DNA of 60,465 bases, counting the filler, from Sphacelaria rigidula (lineage: Eukaryota): the NCBI GenBank assembly GCA_964200075.2. It is 8 parts of 8 records of this genome, joined end to end, with 100 filler letters (N's around TTAATTAATTAA, not from the genome) between each part and the next. Parts side by side here need not be neighbours in the genome. Positions count along the whole stretch, not along the records: positions 37,856 to 45,325 come from CAXNAA020014780.1; positions 45,426 to 52,895 come from CAXNAA020014781.1; 6 more parts are not named here. One strand, 5' to 3'. Of this stretch, positions 38,870-50,764 are shown piece after piece; the first letter of the stretch is position 1; every line of letters starts with the position of its first letter. A program made the position numbers and the translations under genes. The notes below the pieces were generated by a model. The model ran no database searches, was not told where the DNA came from, and saw nothing but the letters and a program-made list of their open reading frames with translations.

Positions 38870-39170
38870 TTTTTCCCTCACACTCCGACCCCTCCCCTTC
38901 CTCGGGATGAGTCCGTGGTCTCAAGGGATCAACCCGTCTCGCCCCTGGCACGCGCCTTTCATTTTGGTCTCGCGGGTTGGGTCAGCACTCCCGCACTGCG
39001 TCAACTCACGTCACACGAACCCAGTCGACTACTTTGTTTACTCACGTTCCCACGCTTTCCACGGTGGAAATCGTACATTACGAAGAACAAAATCAACGCA
39101 TCGGAAATCGAACCCCCGTTTCTCGACCCCAATGGCGATAGTCGGACCATTACACCACCGGGGCGCGGCA
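38870..39170 (-). mobile_element. tRNA-derived SINE inserted in a MITE TIR
   Basis: The minus-strand head has an A-box TGGTGTAATGG and a B-box GGTTCGATTTCC, with a short A tail. CCATT TSD at 38865-69 and 39171-75. Confidence 0.8.
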
Positions 39171-39741
39171 CCATTAGAGTCGGTCTAGGCCAAAAAGGCA
39201 GTTTTGAACAGGAATTTTTGAACGGCTCCCATTGGAGTCGGTCTCAGACCGACCGACTCCAATGGGAGCCGTTCAAAAATTCCTGTTCAAACCTGCCTTT
39301 TTGGCCCTTCATCGTCGTCTTACGCCTGAAAAGAGGGCTAGGCGGATATGGACGCCTTGGAACGACTTGCTCTACTCAATGAGGCCGCGCCAGGGCAACT
39401 TTGCATTTCCCGCTGGCCGCACTTTCATTTTTGGCCGAACACGGATTTTCAATGAAAAACGGTCAAGCGAAAAAAAACAGGGGGAAATTTTGATCACGTG
39501 ACCGTTTTATACTGGAAATTCGTGTTCGGCCTGATTTGGCCGAAAACAAAAGTGCGGTCAGCGGGAAATGCAGAGTTGCTCTAGAACGGTCTCAACGAGT
39601 AGAGCAAGTCATTCCAAGGCGTCAACATCCGCGTAGCCGTCTTTCGCGAGCGTAGATTGACGGAGAAGGACCCAAAAGGCAGTTTAGAGAGGAATTTTGA
39701 AAGACTCCCATTAGAGTTGGCCTTGCGACGTGTCTTGGCAC

Positions 39742-39896
39742 ACTGGTTTTCGATCTAAAATGTGCGGTGGAGAACAAAAATCCTGATCTGATGGGTCGTA
39801 ATTTCAACCATCGTCGAAAATTGTGAAGATGGTTGAAATCACGACCTATCAGATCGGAATTTGTTTTTCGACCGCACATGTTCGATCGAAAACCAA
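39742..39896. repeat. Imperfect palindrome (fold-back)
   Basis: TGGTTTTCGATC..TGTGCGGT..CTGATCTGATGGGTCGT / ACGACCTATCAGATCGG..ACCGCACAT..GATCGAAAACCA. Confidence 0.7.
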
Positions 39897-41254
39897 TATT
39901 CTAAGACCGACTCTGATGGGAGCCGTTCGAAATATTTGATTAAAACTGCCTTTTCGGCCCTTCTCCGTCGTTTTTCGCCCGAAAAGAGGGCTACGCGGAT
40001 ATTGACGCCTTGGAATGACATGCTCTACTCATTGAGACCGTTCTAGGGCAACTTTTGCATTTCCCGCTGACCGCACTTTAATTTTTGGCCGAACACTAAT
40101 TTTCAACAAAAAACGGTCGAGCGATCAACAAAAGTGGGGAAACTCTGATCACCTGACCGTTTTATTCTGAAAATTCGTGTTTGGCCTGCTTTGGCTTCAT
40201 TGACGCCTTGGAATGACTTGCGGTACCCAATGAGGCCGTTCCAAGGCAACTTTGCATCTCCCGCTGGCCGCACTTTCATTTTTGGCCGAACACGGATTTT
40301 CAACAAAAAACGGTCAAGCGATCAAAAAACAGGGGGGGATTTCAATCACCTGACTGTTTTTTACTGGATTTTCGTGTTCGGTCTGATTTGGTCAAAAACA
40401 AAAGTGCGGTCAGCGGGAAATGCAAAAGTTGCCCTAGAACGGTCTCAACGAGTAGAGCAAGTCATTTCAAGGCGTCAACATCCGCGTAGCCCTCTTTTCG
40501 AACGTGAATCGACGGAGAAGGGCCCAAAAGTCAGTTTCAAATAGGAATTTTGAACGGCTCCCTTTAGAGTTGGCCTAAGACTACCACGCGCTTAGGCCAA
40601 CTCTAAGGGGAGTCGTTCAAAATTCCTCTCTAAACTGCCTTTTGGACCCTTCTCCGTCGATTTACGCCCGAAAAGAGGGCTAGACGCATGTTGGCGCCTT
40701 GGAATGACTTGCTCTACTCGTTGAGATCGTTCTAGGGCAACTCTGCATTTCCCGCTGGCCGCACTTTTGTTTTTGACCAAATCAGGCCGAACACGAATTT
40801 CCAGTAAAAAACGGCCAGGTGATCAAAATTCCCCCCTGTTTTTTTATCGTTTGACCGTTTTTTGTTGAAAATTCGTGTTCGGCCAAAAATGAAAGCGCGG
40901 CCAGCGGCAAATGCAAAGTTGCCCTGGAACGGCTTCAATGAGTAGAGCAAGTCATTTCAAGGCGTCAACAGCCGCCTAACCCTCTTTTCAGGCGTAAAAC
41001 GACGGAGAAGGGTCAAAAAGGCAGTTTTGAACAGGAATTTTGAACGGCTCCCATTAGAGTCGGTCCGAGGCCAACTCTTATGGGGGCGTTTAGAATTTTA
41101 TTGTGCAATAATTTTAAACGCCTCTTTATTTTTTTATTTGCCGTAGTTGTGTATTTTGTGCCCGTCCACCATGATGGTAAAGAAAAAAAAAACTCCTCTG
41201 AAATAGTTGCAAAATAAATTTAAAACGCTCCCATAAGAGTTGGCCAGAGCACTT

Positions 41255-41890
41255 GATTTTTCGATCGAAAAAGTGCGGTCGATTTTTTTTCGCCGATCTG
41301 ATACGTGCACCGCAGTTATGTTCCCAGAAGGCTTCAACTCAAAATTATAATTAGAGGCGTGCGGAGAAGAATGCAACGAGGTGGAAAACAATCGTGTTCG
41401 ATCGAAAACATGCGGTCGAAAGGCGCGAAGCGGCACTTGACTCCTATCTTACAGACCACCACGCCAGATAACACCTGTTCACAGGACCATGCAAACTCCA
41501 TCCAACTCATTCTCAGCTACCACCGCAATCCTGCAGCATAGAGCACGAGTTGAGCCCAGGGATAGATACAATGCAGAAGTTGCGTATGCTTCGTTTATTT
41601 TTGTTGGCGAAAACGTGACTTTGCATATTCTCTCATGGTATGGATCAGCGACGGAACTGCGTGGTACGGTGCGCAACCGAGTTGCGTGCACGCTCATGGA
41701 CAGTGCAGGCAGCACAACGCCTGCACGTTGCTGAAGTCCTCTTTACGTCGCATTGTAAGAAGAGAGAACTGATAGTCCTGAGCTATATGCACTGCACGTT
41801 GCCCGCTTCTCTTCTACGTTGTATATCCTCCTGTACGAAACACGCACACACGCACCCAGGACACTGCAAGCAATGCAGACAGTGCAGACA
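41255..41890. repeat. Dispersed ~600-bp repeat (copies at about 46843-47445 and partial 58510-58880)
   Basis: Shared GATCGAAAAAGTGCGG, CAGATAACACCTGTTCAC, GCAGCATAGAGCACGAGTTGAG and CCGAGTTGCGTGCACGCT. Confidence 0.85.
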
Positions 41891-43609
41891 GAGACAATAA
41901 AATCCGGCTCCAAAATTCACCGAACCGCGGCAAATCGGCTGTTAATTTCACCGAACCCCGAACGCCGGGAAATCGAAGTTTAGGAACACAGAAAGGACTG
42001 CAAACAGGCAACAACGAACACGGCGCCTATGATTTGTTGTTGATCGAAATCACATTGATACGACGCACGCATATGTCGCGCTCACACGATTCAGACGCCT
42101 ATGGTGTAAGGAAATATAAATATAATTGCGTTACCGTTTGAACGCCATGTGCACATATACAATAAAGGCTGCGATTGCCAAATAATAGACAACCCAGAAA
42201 TAGACGAAGAAAGAACAAAAAAACTACGACACTACAGTTCACCGAACTCCAAGAAATTATTCTGCAGTCTGGTGTCACATGTGTTCATCGCGTGTATGCA
42301 TGTACACGTGAAATTTCCGTTTTTCAGAATCAAAGTGTCAAATCCACCACCAGGGCTCCACGTATTGCCTATTACGCGCACACTTTCAGGCACTGACTGN
42401 NNNNNNNNNTCGAAGGTCGAATCTCGCCCTCGTCGAACGTGAACGATGATGAGAAAACATTGCACTATCTCATCAAGCTTTCGAAAATTAAAAATGTCGC
42501 AGGGTGAAGTAGAGCTGAAGGGTTTTGTGATGTGTACTGTATTACGGGTAGGTCTAAGTGACCCGCTTGCACGGAAGCGTTCACACGTAATCATAGTTAG
42601 ACATATATATATCAATAATTTAACCAAAACCCCTCGAGCCACGCAACAAGCATCAATATCAATATCGCCTCCTACCCTATCCCATCACACCCTACCACCA
42701 TCATCCTCGCACAATTTCCTCTTTCCCCTTCTCCACTGCCGCTCACTCACGGCCTGTGTGGACCATGAGATCCGAGTGCCAGATCCAGCTCCCACAAACC
42801 GCCATGAAAAGCGCGCCCGAGACGGCCGCCATTGATGTCCCCTGTCGGATGGCCACTCTTTCCATCCTTCGAGACATCGCTGAGTGCCAGGGAGGCTGCC
42901 TTCCCTTCAGCTTCACCCGCAGTCGATGTCGGTGCTAACGTGAACGACAAATCCAAGTGAAGACACGAAAAAGAAGGGAACGGGGGAACGGGGGGTGTAC
43001 TCATGATATTGCATGCCGCAGTCATATGACCATTGACCTCGCACCCCTAGGGAGGCGGGAGGGGGGTCGCAGGAGGTTTGACGGTCGATGACACGGAATA
43101 CTGTACATCGTTTTTTTCACCCAGGGTATGTAAACAGAGTGCGTTTACATGCCTTGTGATAATGGCGGGTTTCGTCGCGGTTCAGTGAAAGTGCAAATCG
43201 ATTGACTAATATATCGATCAATTAGGTCATATCAATCCATCAATATACCAATCCATCAGATCAAATCAGTTCACCATTGTCGACATGCTTGGTAGCGAAA
43301 TGCGCGTGACATCAACTTGTCTGCTTACTTCCGTATCTATCCATCTAATTATCAATTTATGTGTCCATCTAATTATCCATTTATGTGTCCATCTAATTAC
43401 CTATCTATCCATATTTCTATCTGGTTATCTATCTACTCATCCATCCACCTATCTGCCGATCTATAACTGTTCATTCACCTGTATATCCATCTATGCCTAC
43501 GTATCCACCTATCCATTTTTTTTATGTCGATAAGCTTCCTGGTGGCATACGCGTGCAGAAACAACAAAAAAAAACAATATATATATATATATATATATAT
43601 ATCTTCTCG

Positions 43610-43955
43610 TCACACTTTCTACTTTCATCCATTTCCTTCCTCGAGACGAGTCTGTGGTCTCAAATCACCAAACCATCTCTCCCCCGACACACGCCACACA
43701 TGTCGGTATGGCGAATTGGATCATGACCATCACTCCCGCACCTCGTCGACTACCGCCCAACAAACTCAGCCAAACAGCCTCTTTTTGCTACTCTTGTCCT
43801 CACATTTCCAGCAACAGATATCAGACACTCGTGAGAGGGGTAAATAAATAAATAAAGCTAAACTAGACGCATGTGGTGGGAACCGAACACGTATTTTCCC
43901 CGCCCTGATACGGTGTCAGTTGTACCACTTTAATTTAGAATACCGGGCCGCGACG
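43610..43955 (-). mobile_element. Degenerate tRNA-derived SINE related to 38870-39170
   Basis: Shares the tail TTCCTCG.GA.GAGTC.GTGGTCTCAA and CACTCCCGCAC. The minus-strand head has a B-box-like GTTCGGTTCCC. It abuts (TA)n. Confidence 0.55.
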
Positions 43956-45533
43956 ACTTCTATGACATGAAAACACACATCTTGAGCGTGATCCGAGTTA
44001 TCATGACAGCAAGCTCGACCGTCAAATAATGTTTGGTCCCTAGGTGACTATCAACAGCAAAATCTACGCGGGAAAAAAGGAAAGGATGGGGGGGGGGATT
44101 CAGTCCGCCTTCGTCGTCAATCTTCGCCCAGTTAGGGATGGGTGCTTGCAGAAAACCAGGAAAGAAGCAGCATCTAAGCCAAACCATATATGTGAGGGTC
44201 TAGGCTGAACGTTTGCCGGTCTGAAAAGCTCGACACGTCAAGGCTAAGCTTCTCTCACGCGACCGCTGAGTTCTGCCATGGACCCTTTCCCACGTACCCG
44301 AAAAGAGGGCAACATCCCCGTACAGACAGTAGCAATGCTAGCAGATTCAAAATCCTGACAGTCTAGCAGCCGGCAAGGTAGTTATGGTAGCGTCCAGGTT
44401 GGAGAACACGCATGTTCATGGAGAAGAAACTTTCCGTATCCCCATTAGTGTTGTATGCGGTTGTAAAAACTCTACTGTCCTTCATAAATACCTGGCGGGG
44501 GGACAGGGAAGCCGTCCTCCCTCAGGTCTTGAGAGTCGTTTGAATTGGGTGGACGATACCGGTGCTCATGCCAGAAGTCGAACGAGCAGCAACACTGTAC
44601 AGCCAGACATACCCGATAACTCGTATCAAGCGATGTACACGGTGGCACATTAGTCTGTACAGCACGTGGGCCACCACCGCTGCTCCTGTAGCCAAAGCCA
44701 CCCCTGACGGTACACCCGCCAATACACAAAACTGGACCGCATAGCAACAAACACACGAGGAACAAGCAACGGCCTCCTCCACCCGTACTGTTCACCGTGT
44801 CTGGAGAGACGCGTCCTGCAACTACCGAGGGAGGGGTGGTGTACTCATGATCTTGCAAGCCGTAGTCATGAGACCATAGACCTCCCATCCCCTACAAAGC
44901 GGTTGCGGAGCACGCCAGGTTTTCGCCGGACCAGGCGCGCAATCAATCACCAAGCGCGAAGCGCCGTAATGTGTTTCACCGAGTCGCATGAAGGGTGAGC
45001 TGCACCCTGCTAAGATTGTTCGGCCCGAAGCGTGCTGATTATCTTGCCTATGTAAGACAGCCTGCAATGACTTGTTTCATTTTCTGGTATCGCCACGTCC
45101 AGAGATAGCCGTGGGTTACGCACTGCCTCGTGGATTCATGGGTGTCTCACCAGTTCAATACCACGTAGTGCGACTACCCCCCTTTGCGCGGAGTTGAGAT
45201 CCTCCATCCGAATAATATGGTCTACCTCGATTATCATTATGGTTGCCGCAAGAAAACGCAAGCGAAAACATGCGGTAGCCTGGTTGCCTAGCTTACCCAG
45301 TGAGTGGTCTACAACGTCTTTTCCANNNNNNNNNNNNNNNNNNNNNNNNNNNNNNNNNNNNNNNNNNNNTTAATTAATTAANNNNNNNNNNNNNNNNNNN
45401 NNNNNNNNNNNNNNNNNNNNNNNNNAACGTTTTCCACAACAAGCAGCGACTCGTGTGCTCGAGCCATTAATTTGTTTCAACCCCAAAAATTAGGATCGGC
45501 TGTTAATCATTCCTTGTTGTAAAAACAAATTAA

Positions 45534-45901
45534 TGGCTCGAGCACACGAGTCGCTGCTTGTTGTGGAAAACGTTAGTGACTCGAGCTCACCAGTAATTCC
45601 TGGTTGTGAGAACAAATGAATGACTCGAGCACACGAGTCATTGCTCGTTGTAAAAAAATCAGTGACTCGGGCATAAGAGTCATTGCTTATTGTAAAACAA
45701 GTAATGACTCAAGCACACGAATCATTGCTCGTTGTGAAAAGAATGACTCAAACACACAAATCATTGCTCGTTGTGAGAAAAAATTGTGACTCGAGCACAC
45801 GAGTCATTGCTCGTTGTGAATACAATTAGTGCCTCGAGCACACGACTCATTGCTCGTTGTAAAACAACATCATGACTCGAGCATACGAGTCATGCTCGTT
45901 G
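45534..45901. repeat. Array of nine hairpin-forming 31-bp repeats with 8-13-nt A-rich linkers
   Basis: Consensus TGACTCGAGCACACGAGTCATTGCTCGTTGT, with stem TGACTCG/CGAGTCA. Confidence 0.9.
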
Positions 45902-47629
45902 AGTTTTCATCAAATATCCACGAGTGCGCTCGTTTCGACGAGTAATAACTCATCCGAAGTGTGGAAGTTTCGATATTGGAGAGTTCCGGGAAACGTTTTC
46001 CCGCATATTAGAGTCAGAGCGGAAGGGGGAAAAGGCGGCGACAGTACACATTCCACTCTGAATTATTTTTCAGAGTCTACTTTTCACAGTGAGAGTCCGG
46101 TGTGGAGCACTCAACTGTGAAAACCGATGTGCCTCTTCAAGCTTCATAGCAGAACGAAGAAGAACCACATCCATCCGCCACGGTCACAGCCAGTGCACAA
46201 TCAATACACCCCACCAAGGAACACGAGTCATCGATCAAAACTGTCATGCTCATCACAAGAGACTATTCACGCAGCATAAACGCTTGAGATCGCGGTCAGA
46301 GGACGTCCCTGACGCCGCCAGGGTATAAGCATTCGCTTGCTTGTGTTGCGTGAAATTTGAATGCTCGACGGGTACAAGACGCTGCCTTGGGTACAGCTCC
46401 TCACTCTTATTAGCCTCAGCTGGAAGACGACGGTGTGAACAATCCGTGTTCTACAGTGCACAAGTAGTGCTACACCTGGCTGCATTGCCAGTCCGTTGGA
46501 GGTCATGACGTCTTGCACCCCCGCTATGGGTGGCATGTTGGAAAATCATTGCACTGTGACTCTCCTGTTGTTTGGAAGTCCTGCCGTACTGTCTGTAGGG
46601 TATCGCTGTACTGCAATGTACTGTTGTAGGGTTGTGTATTGCACTGTCTGTGCTGCCCTCTCTGTACACTATTCTGCACTACACTGCAGCACTACAGTGT
46701 CCTGTAGTGCATCGTAGTGCAGTGAAGTGGTGCAAGTGCAATAAGGCGTGGTGTGCGGCACGGTACGGTGCCGCAGGGTATGGTATAACACAGACTCGCT
46801 GGTGTAATTGTACAGTCAGTGCTGTGCTGATCGATGCAGTTGCGATCGAAAAAGTGCGGCCGATTGTTTTCTGCCGATCTGATACGTCCACTGCATTTAT
46901 GTTCCTAGAAAGCTTCAAAATACGCACGGAGAAGAATTTTTCGAAGTGAAAAACAATCGTTTTCGATCGAAAGGATGCGGTCGAAAGGCACGAAGCGGCA
47001 CTTGACTCGTATCTTATAGACCACCACGCCAGATAACACCTGTTCACGGGACCATGCGGACTCTATCCAACTCCTTCTCAGCTGCCACCGCAACCCTGCA
47101 GCATAGAGCACGAGTTGAGTCCAGGGATAGATACACTGCAGCAGTTTGGTGTGCTTTATTTATTTTTGTTGGCGAAAATTTGCGTATCTCTTCTCTCATG
47201 GTAGGGTTTAGCGACGGAACTGCGTAGTACGGTGGGCAACCGAGTTGCGTGCACGCTTATGGACAATGCAGGCAGTACAAGGCTGCACGTTGCTCAAGTT
47301 CTCTTCATGTCGCACTGTAAGCAGAGGGAACGGATAGTCCTGGGCTGTCTGCATTGCACGTTGCCCGCTCCTCTTTCATATCCTCTTGTACGAAAGACGC
47401 GCACACGCGCTCAAGACACTGCTTGCAAGCAGTGCAGACAGTACAGACTGTATGTACTATACTGTAGACCAGTGACAATGTACCGTTTCACGAATTCCAC
47501 TGCATTTTTCTATTGAAAACTTCAAAATACATCTGGACCCAACTGCATCAAAACATGAAAATTTCCCTCGAATCGATTCCTTCACCCCATTTCTTCGATC
47601 GAAAACAGAAGTGCGAAGACACGCCTTAA

Positions 47630-47812
47630 GGCCAACTCTTATGGGAGCGTGTAGAATTTTATCTTGCAATACTTTTAAACGAATTTGTTTTTCTTCTTTG
47701 CCGTGGTTAGTCGTGTATTTTGGGCCTGTTCACTATGATGACAAAGAAAAAAACAAAAATCCTCTGAAATTGTTGCCAAATCAAATTTCAAACACTCCAA
47801 TTAGAGTTGGCC
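47630..47812. mobile_element. Short PIF/Harbinger MITE (same family as 41069-41245)
   Basis: TAA|GGCCAACTCTTATGGGAGCG...TTAGAGTTGGCC|TGA. Confidence 0.8.
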
Positions 47813-48619
47813 TGAAGTTTGAAAAGCTTGTACTCAGAATTTATTTCACTCCAACTCTATGATGCGAAAAATAGATTCCAAAACTCTCGATCACGTCGTC
47901 AATTTTTATGGTGCGATACAGGACCCACAGCCAGCACGATTACTCCTTCTTGTTGTGATATGGAAGAACACCGCTGCTGTATCCCGTGGTCTAAAAGCTA
48001 CTCCAACATCTGACATAGCGGCCAACAGAACACGGGAGAGTTTAGGGAAGTACTGCTGTGCAGCTGACTGCTGTGCTACAGCTGTGCAGCAGAAGCATAC
48101 TGTACCGGCATCAAACACGTCACATTCGGTGGTAGGAGAAAAAAACAACAGAAGAATGGAAAAAAATACAAAACTGCGTGCAACATGTGCTACAGCTGTA
48201 CAGAAACCTACTGAGGCCAACAAGGGTGCGAATCGACCTCACCAATGACAATCAAGAGCCTACATCCCTCCTACGGTACCCAGCAAAAGGCATTATGAAG
48301 ACTGCGGTTATCGGCAGCTACTGCAACTTCACACGAAGTTTGCCATGCAAGTTTACTTCGTTTTTCTTGACCAAAACTCGTTCGTCCACGCCAGCTTGGC
48401 CCTACGGAGATAGCATAACCTAAATACTGTTCGACTATACAGTACGACGACAGACTGCTCGCTGCATTGGTCGTCAACAACAGGAGCTAGAAGAGCGGGG
48501 GAATGGCGGATAGGTGCGTTTCACGAGAATCGGGGTTCGGTTTCAAAGAGTAGTGTGCCAAGCCATTTTGACCTCTCTTTTACCAGAAAATCTTTCGAAA
48601 ATGTCTCTTTGAAACCATG

Positions 48620-50070
48620 GCCCCCAAGGTATCGTGAGTATTCTGACTGACCCCCTATGATAATTTGTTTCCAGGTCCCCCCTGTCCTGAGTAGTTCTAC
48701 ATTTCCCCCTATCGTGAGTATTTTTGCAGATATCCTTTCGTCAGTCTTCTAGGTCCCCCTATCGTGAGTATTTTTTACGCCTTGGAGTATAGATTGCACT
48801 CTCGAAATGTGCTCTGCGTACAGTACGAAATCTGTTCACAACTGCAATACAGTAGCCAGCGCTAGAAGTGTGCGGAAATCGTAATTTCTTCGTTTCTCAA
48901 AGATTTTCCAAATTTGTTTCGCTTGCCACCGCTCATCACAGTGACTGTTGGATGCGAAAAAGTTGGCAACTGTAGATATTTCAATTCTCCTGACAAATAA
49001 TGAAAGAAAAAATACCTGCGATCAATATTGAGTGACTTACGGGCTTGACCGATCTTCGGGGGTCCTGCGAAAGTGCAACCCCAGGTTCTAGCTTTTCGGT
49101 ATTTTCGGTCGACCGACTCAATCCCGATCATCTGAGAGAAGACTCCGAACATATTATTTTTCCGATATTCCACCTATTCATGGCGCTTTAGTCGGAAGAC
49201 TATGTTTTTTGTACCATTCACGGTCGATAACATCCTCCTCATAAACGGGATTTTTACTCCGTATCTCTCCCACAACACCAACTTGGGCCTTGTGCTTTGT
49301 GTATGGTCTGCTTATTTTACCAAAATTATCGGCGCTAGCACTTTCGAGTGCTCATGGGAAATATTACGTGAAAATACCCCGAAAAGAGGCCATCCGCAGA
49401 AAATGCTAGACTGAGGTCTGTGTAGTTTAGGAGGGAAACACGATCTCGACCGTTATTGTGAAGAATTGTATATTTATTCATTTATCTGAATAATTACCGT
49501 TTCGTTGCGGAAGAACTAGAAAACTATATTTATTGAACCAAAAACGTTCAATAACACCCGCCTGATGAACGGGGTATCTAGTCCGTATCGCCCCAAAAAC
49601 GCCAACTTGGGCACTGCAGTTTGAGCGCGGCCTACGCTTTCCCCCTAAATCTACCGCCGGCGCTCGCACTTTCAAGTACTAATGAAGAATAGTAGTCGAG
49701 AAAATTCAGAAACTACGACAACTACGAATTCCGAAGACTTCTGATGCTGACTACTATAGACGCCATACTCGATACTGTACGCAGTGAAATATTGACAACG
49801 TTTTCTATTGTCAAGAGTTTGGCAATTTTACATCACCATTGTCCTGAGTAGTTTTACAGACTCCCTGTCCTGGATAACTATACACTCCCCCCGATCGTGA
49901 GTATTTCTGCAGTCCCCCCTATCATGAGTATTTTCTCACACCCCTTGTCGTGAGGATTTCTTACGATCCCCCTGTCGTGAGTATTTTACAGAACCTCTAC
50001 AGCATCATGAGTTTTGAAGTCCCCCTGTGCAAGTATTACTACAGTCCTCCCTTTCGTGGGTATTCTCACA
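48620..50070. repeat. CCCC(C)T[AG]TCGTGAGTATT repeat tracts flanking a relative of the 295-841 element
   Basis: The motif is repeated at about 48625-48780 and 49840-50070. About 48850-49400 is homologous to about 340-810. Confidence 0.6.
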
Positions 50071-50764
50071 CTGATCATAGGGGGGGGGGGGGAGGGGGTC
50101 TGCGACGCCGGGGCTACGTGCATGCTGCTTCTCACCTCCTTTCGTATCTGACAATATTCGCATCTACGTTCGCCTTACGACGATGCACAGTCATTTTAAC
50201 TTTCGGGGTGAAGGTGCCACCCTGCCTCCTAATCACGGATATGCCGTGCATGATCCAGCCGATCGCGGACAAATTGCGCCCCGGTCTGGTGAAGGATGGC
50301 AGAGCCCCACCCCGTGTTGCGGACGGTGTTGTGTCCATGCCAGCGCTGCAGCACGTCGGTAGCGCCGCGCACGACTTCCTGGACCAGTACACCGTGCGGG
50401 TGCCACTCGGAGGAATCCACTGGGCGTCGACAGCGTCTATGCGGCCTATGTGGATGTGAAGCTATATCTCTGCATCCAAAAGCATATCGACTTTCGCGCC
50501 CTGCTGTTGGATGCTGCTGCTGCTGGCGGGTGGACTGCGAATGGGGTTCAGAGCATGTCCTTTTTGCCCAATTACATTGGCGCGCTTGCCCAGCACACCT
50601 TCATGATCTTCACCGGTAAGGATGCTACGCTATGACTGTCATCGGGATTGTGGTGGAATATGCGGCTTGGTTTGACTAGGCTGGCTGTGCAAGGGTAGGC
50701 GATGGAGGGCGAACATTTGGGTCGGAAAAGCGATGGGGGACTTCCTGCCTGGTTTCTCTCCCTG

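Larger units (their letters stand above)
38407..41245. mobile_element. Cluster of five PIF/Harbinger (Tourist-like) MITEs plus fragments
   Basis: Ends GGCCAACTCTAATGGGAG / GACCGACTC. Copies at 38407-39185, 39251-39722, 39905-40575 (exact TAA TSD), 40595-41065 and a short 41069-41245. Each long copy is almost wholly palindromic. Confidence 0.85.

Noticed and set aside
39095-39170. Functional tRNA gene
   Set aside because: A and B boxes are present but there is no complete cloverleaf. It is followed by a SINE body and tail and bounded by a TSD.
45426-45574. Perfect 52-bp inverted repeat
   Set aside because: It starts exactly at a contig edge, so it is probably a fold-back read or assembly artefact.
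45534-45901. True CRISPR array
   Set aside because: The linkers are only 8-13 nt, A-rich and mutually similar. The repeats are degenerate, there are no cas genes, and the context is eukaryotic.
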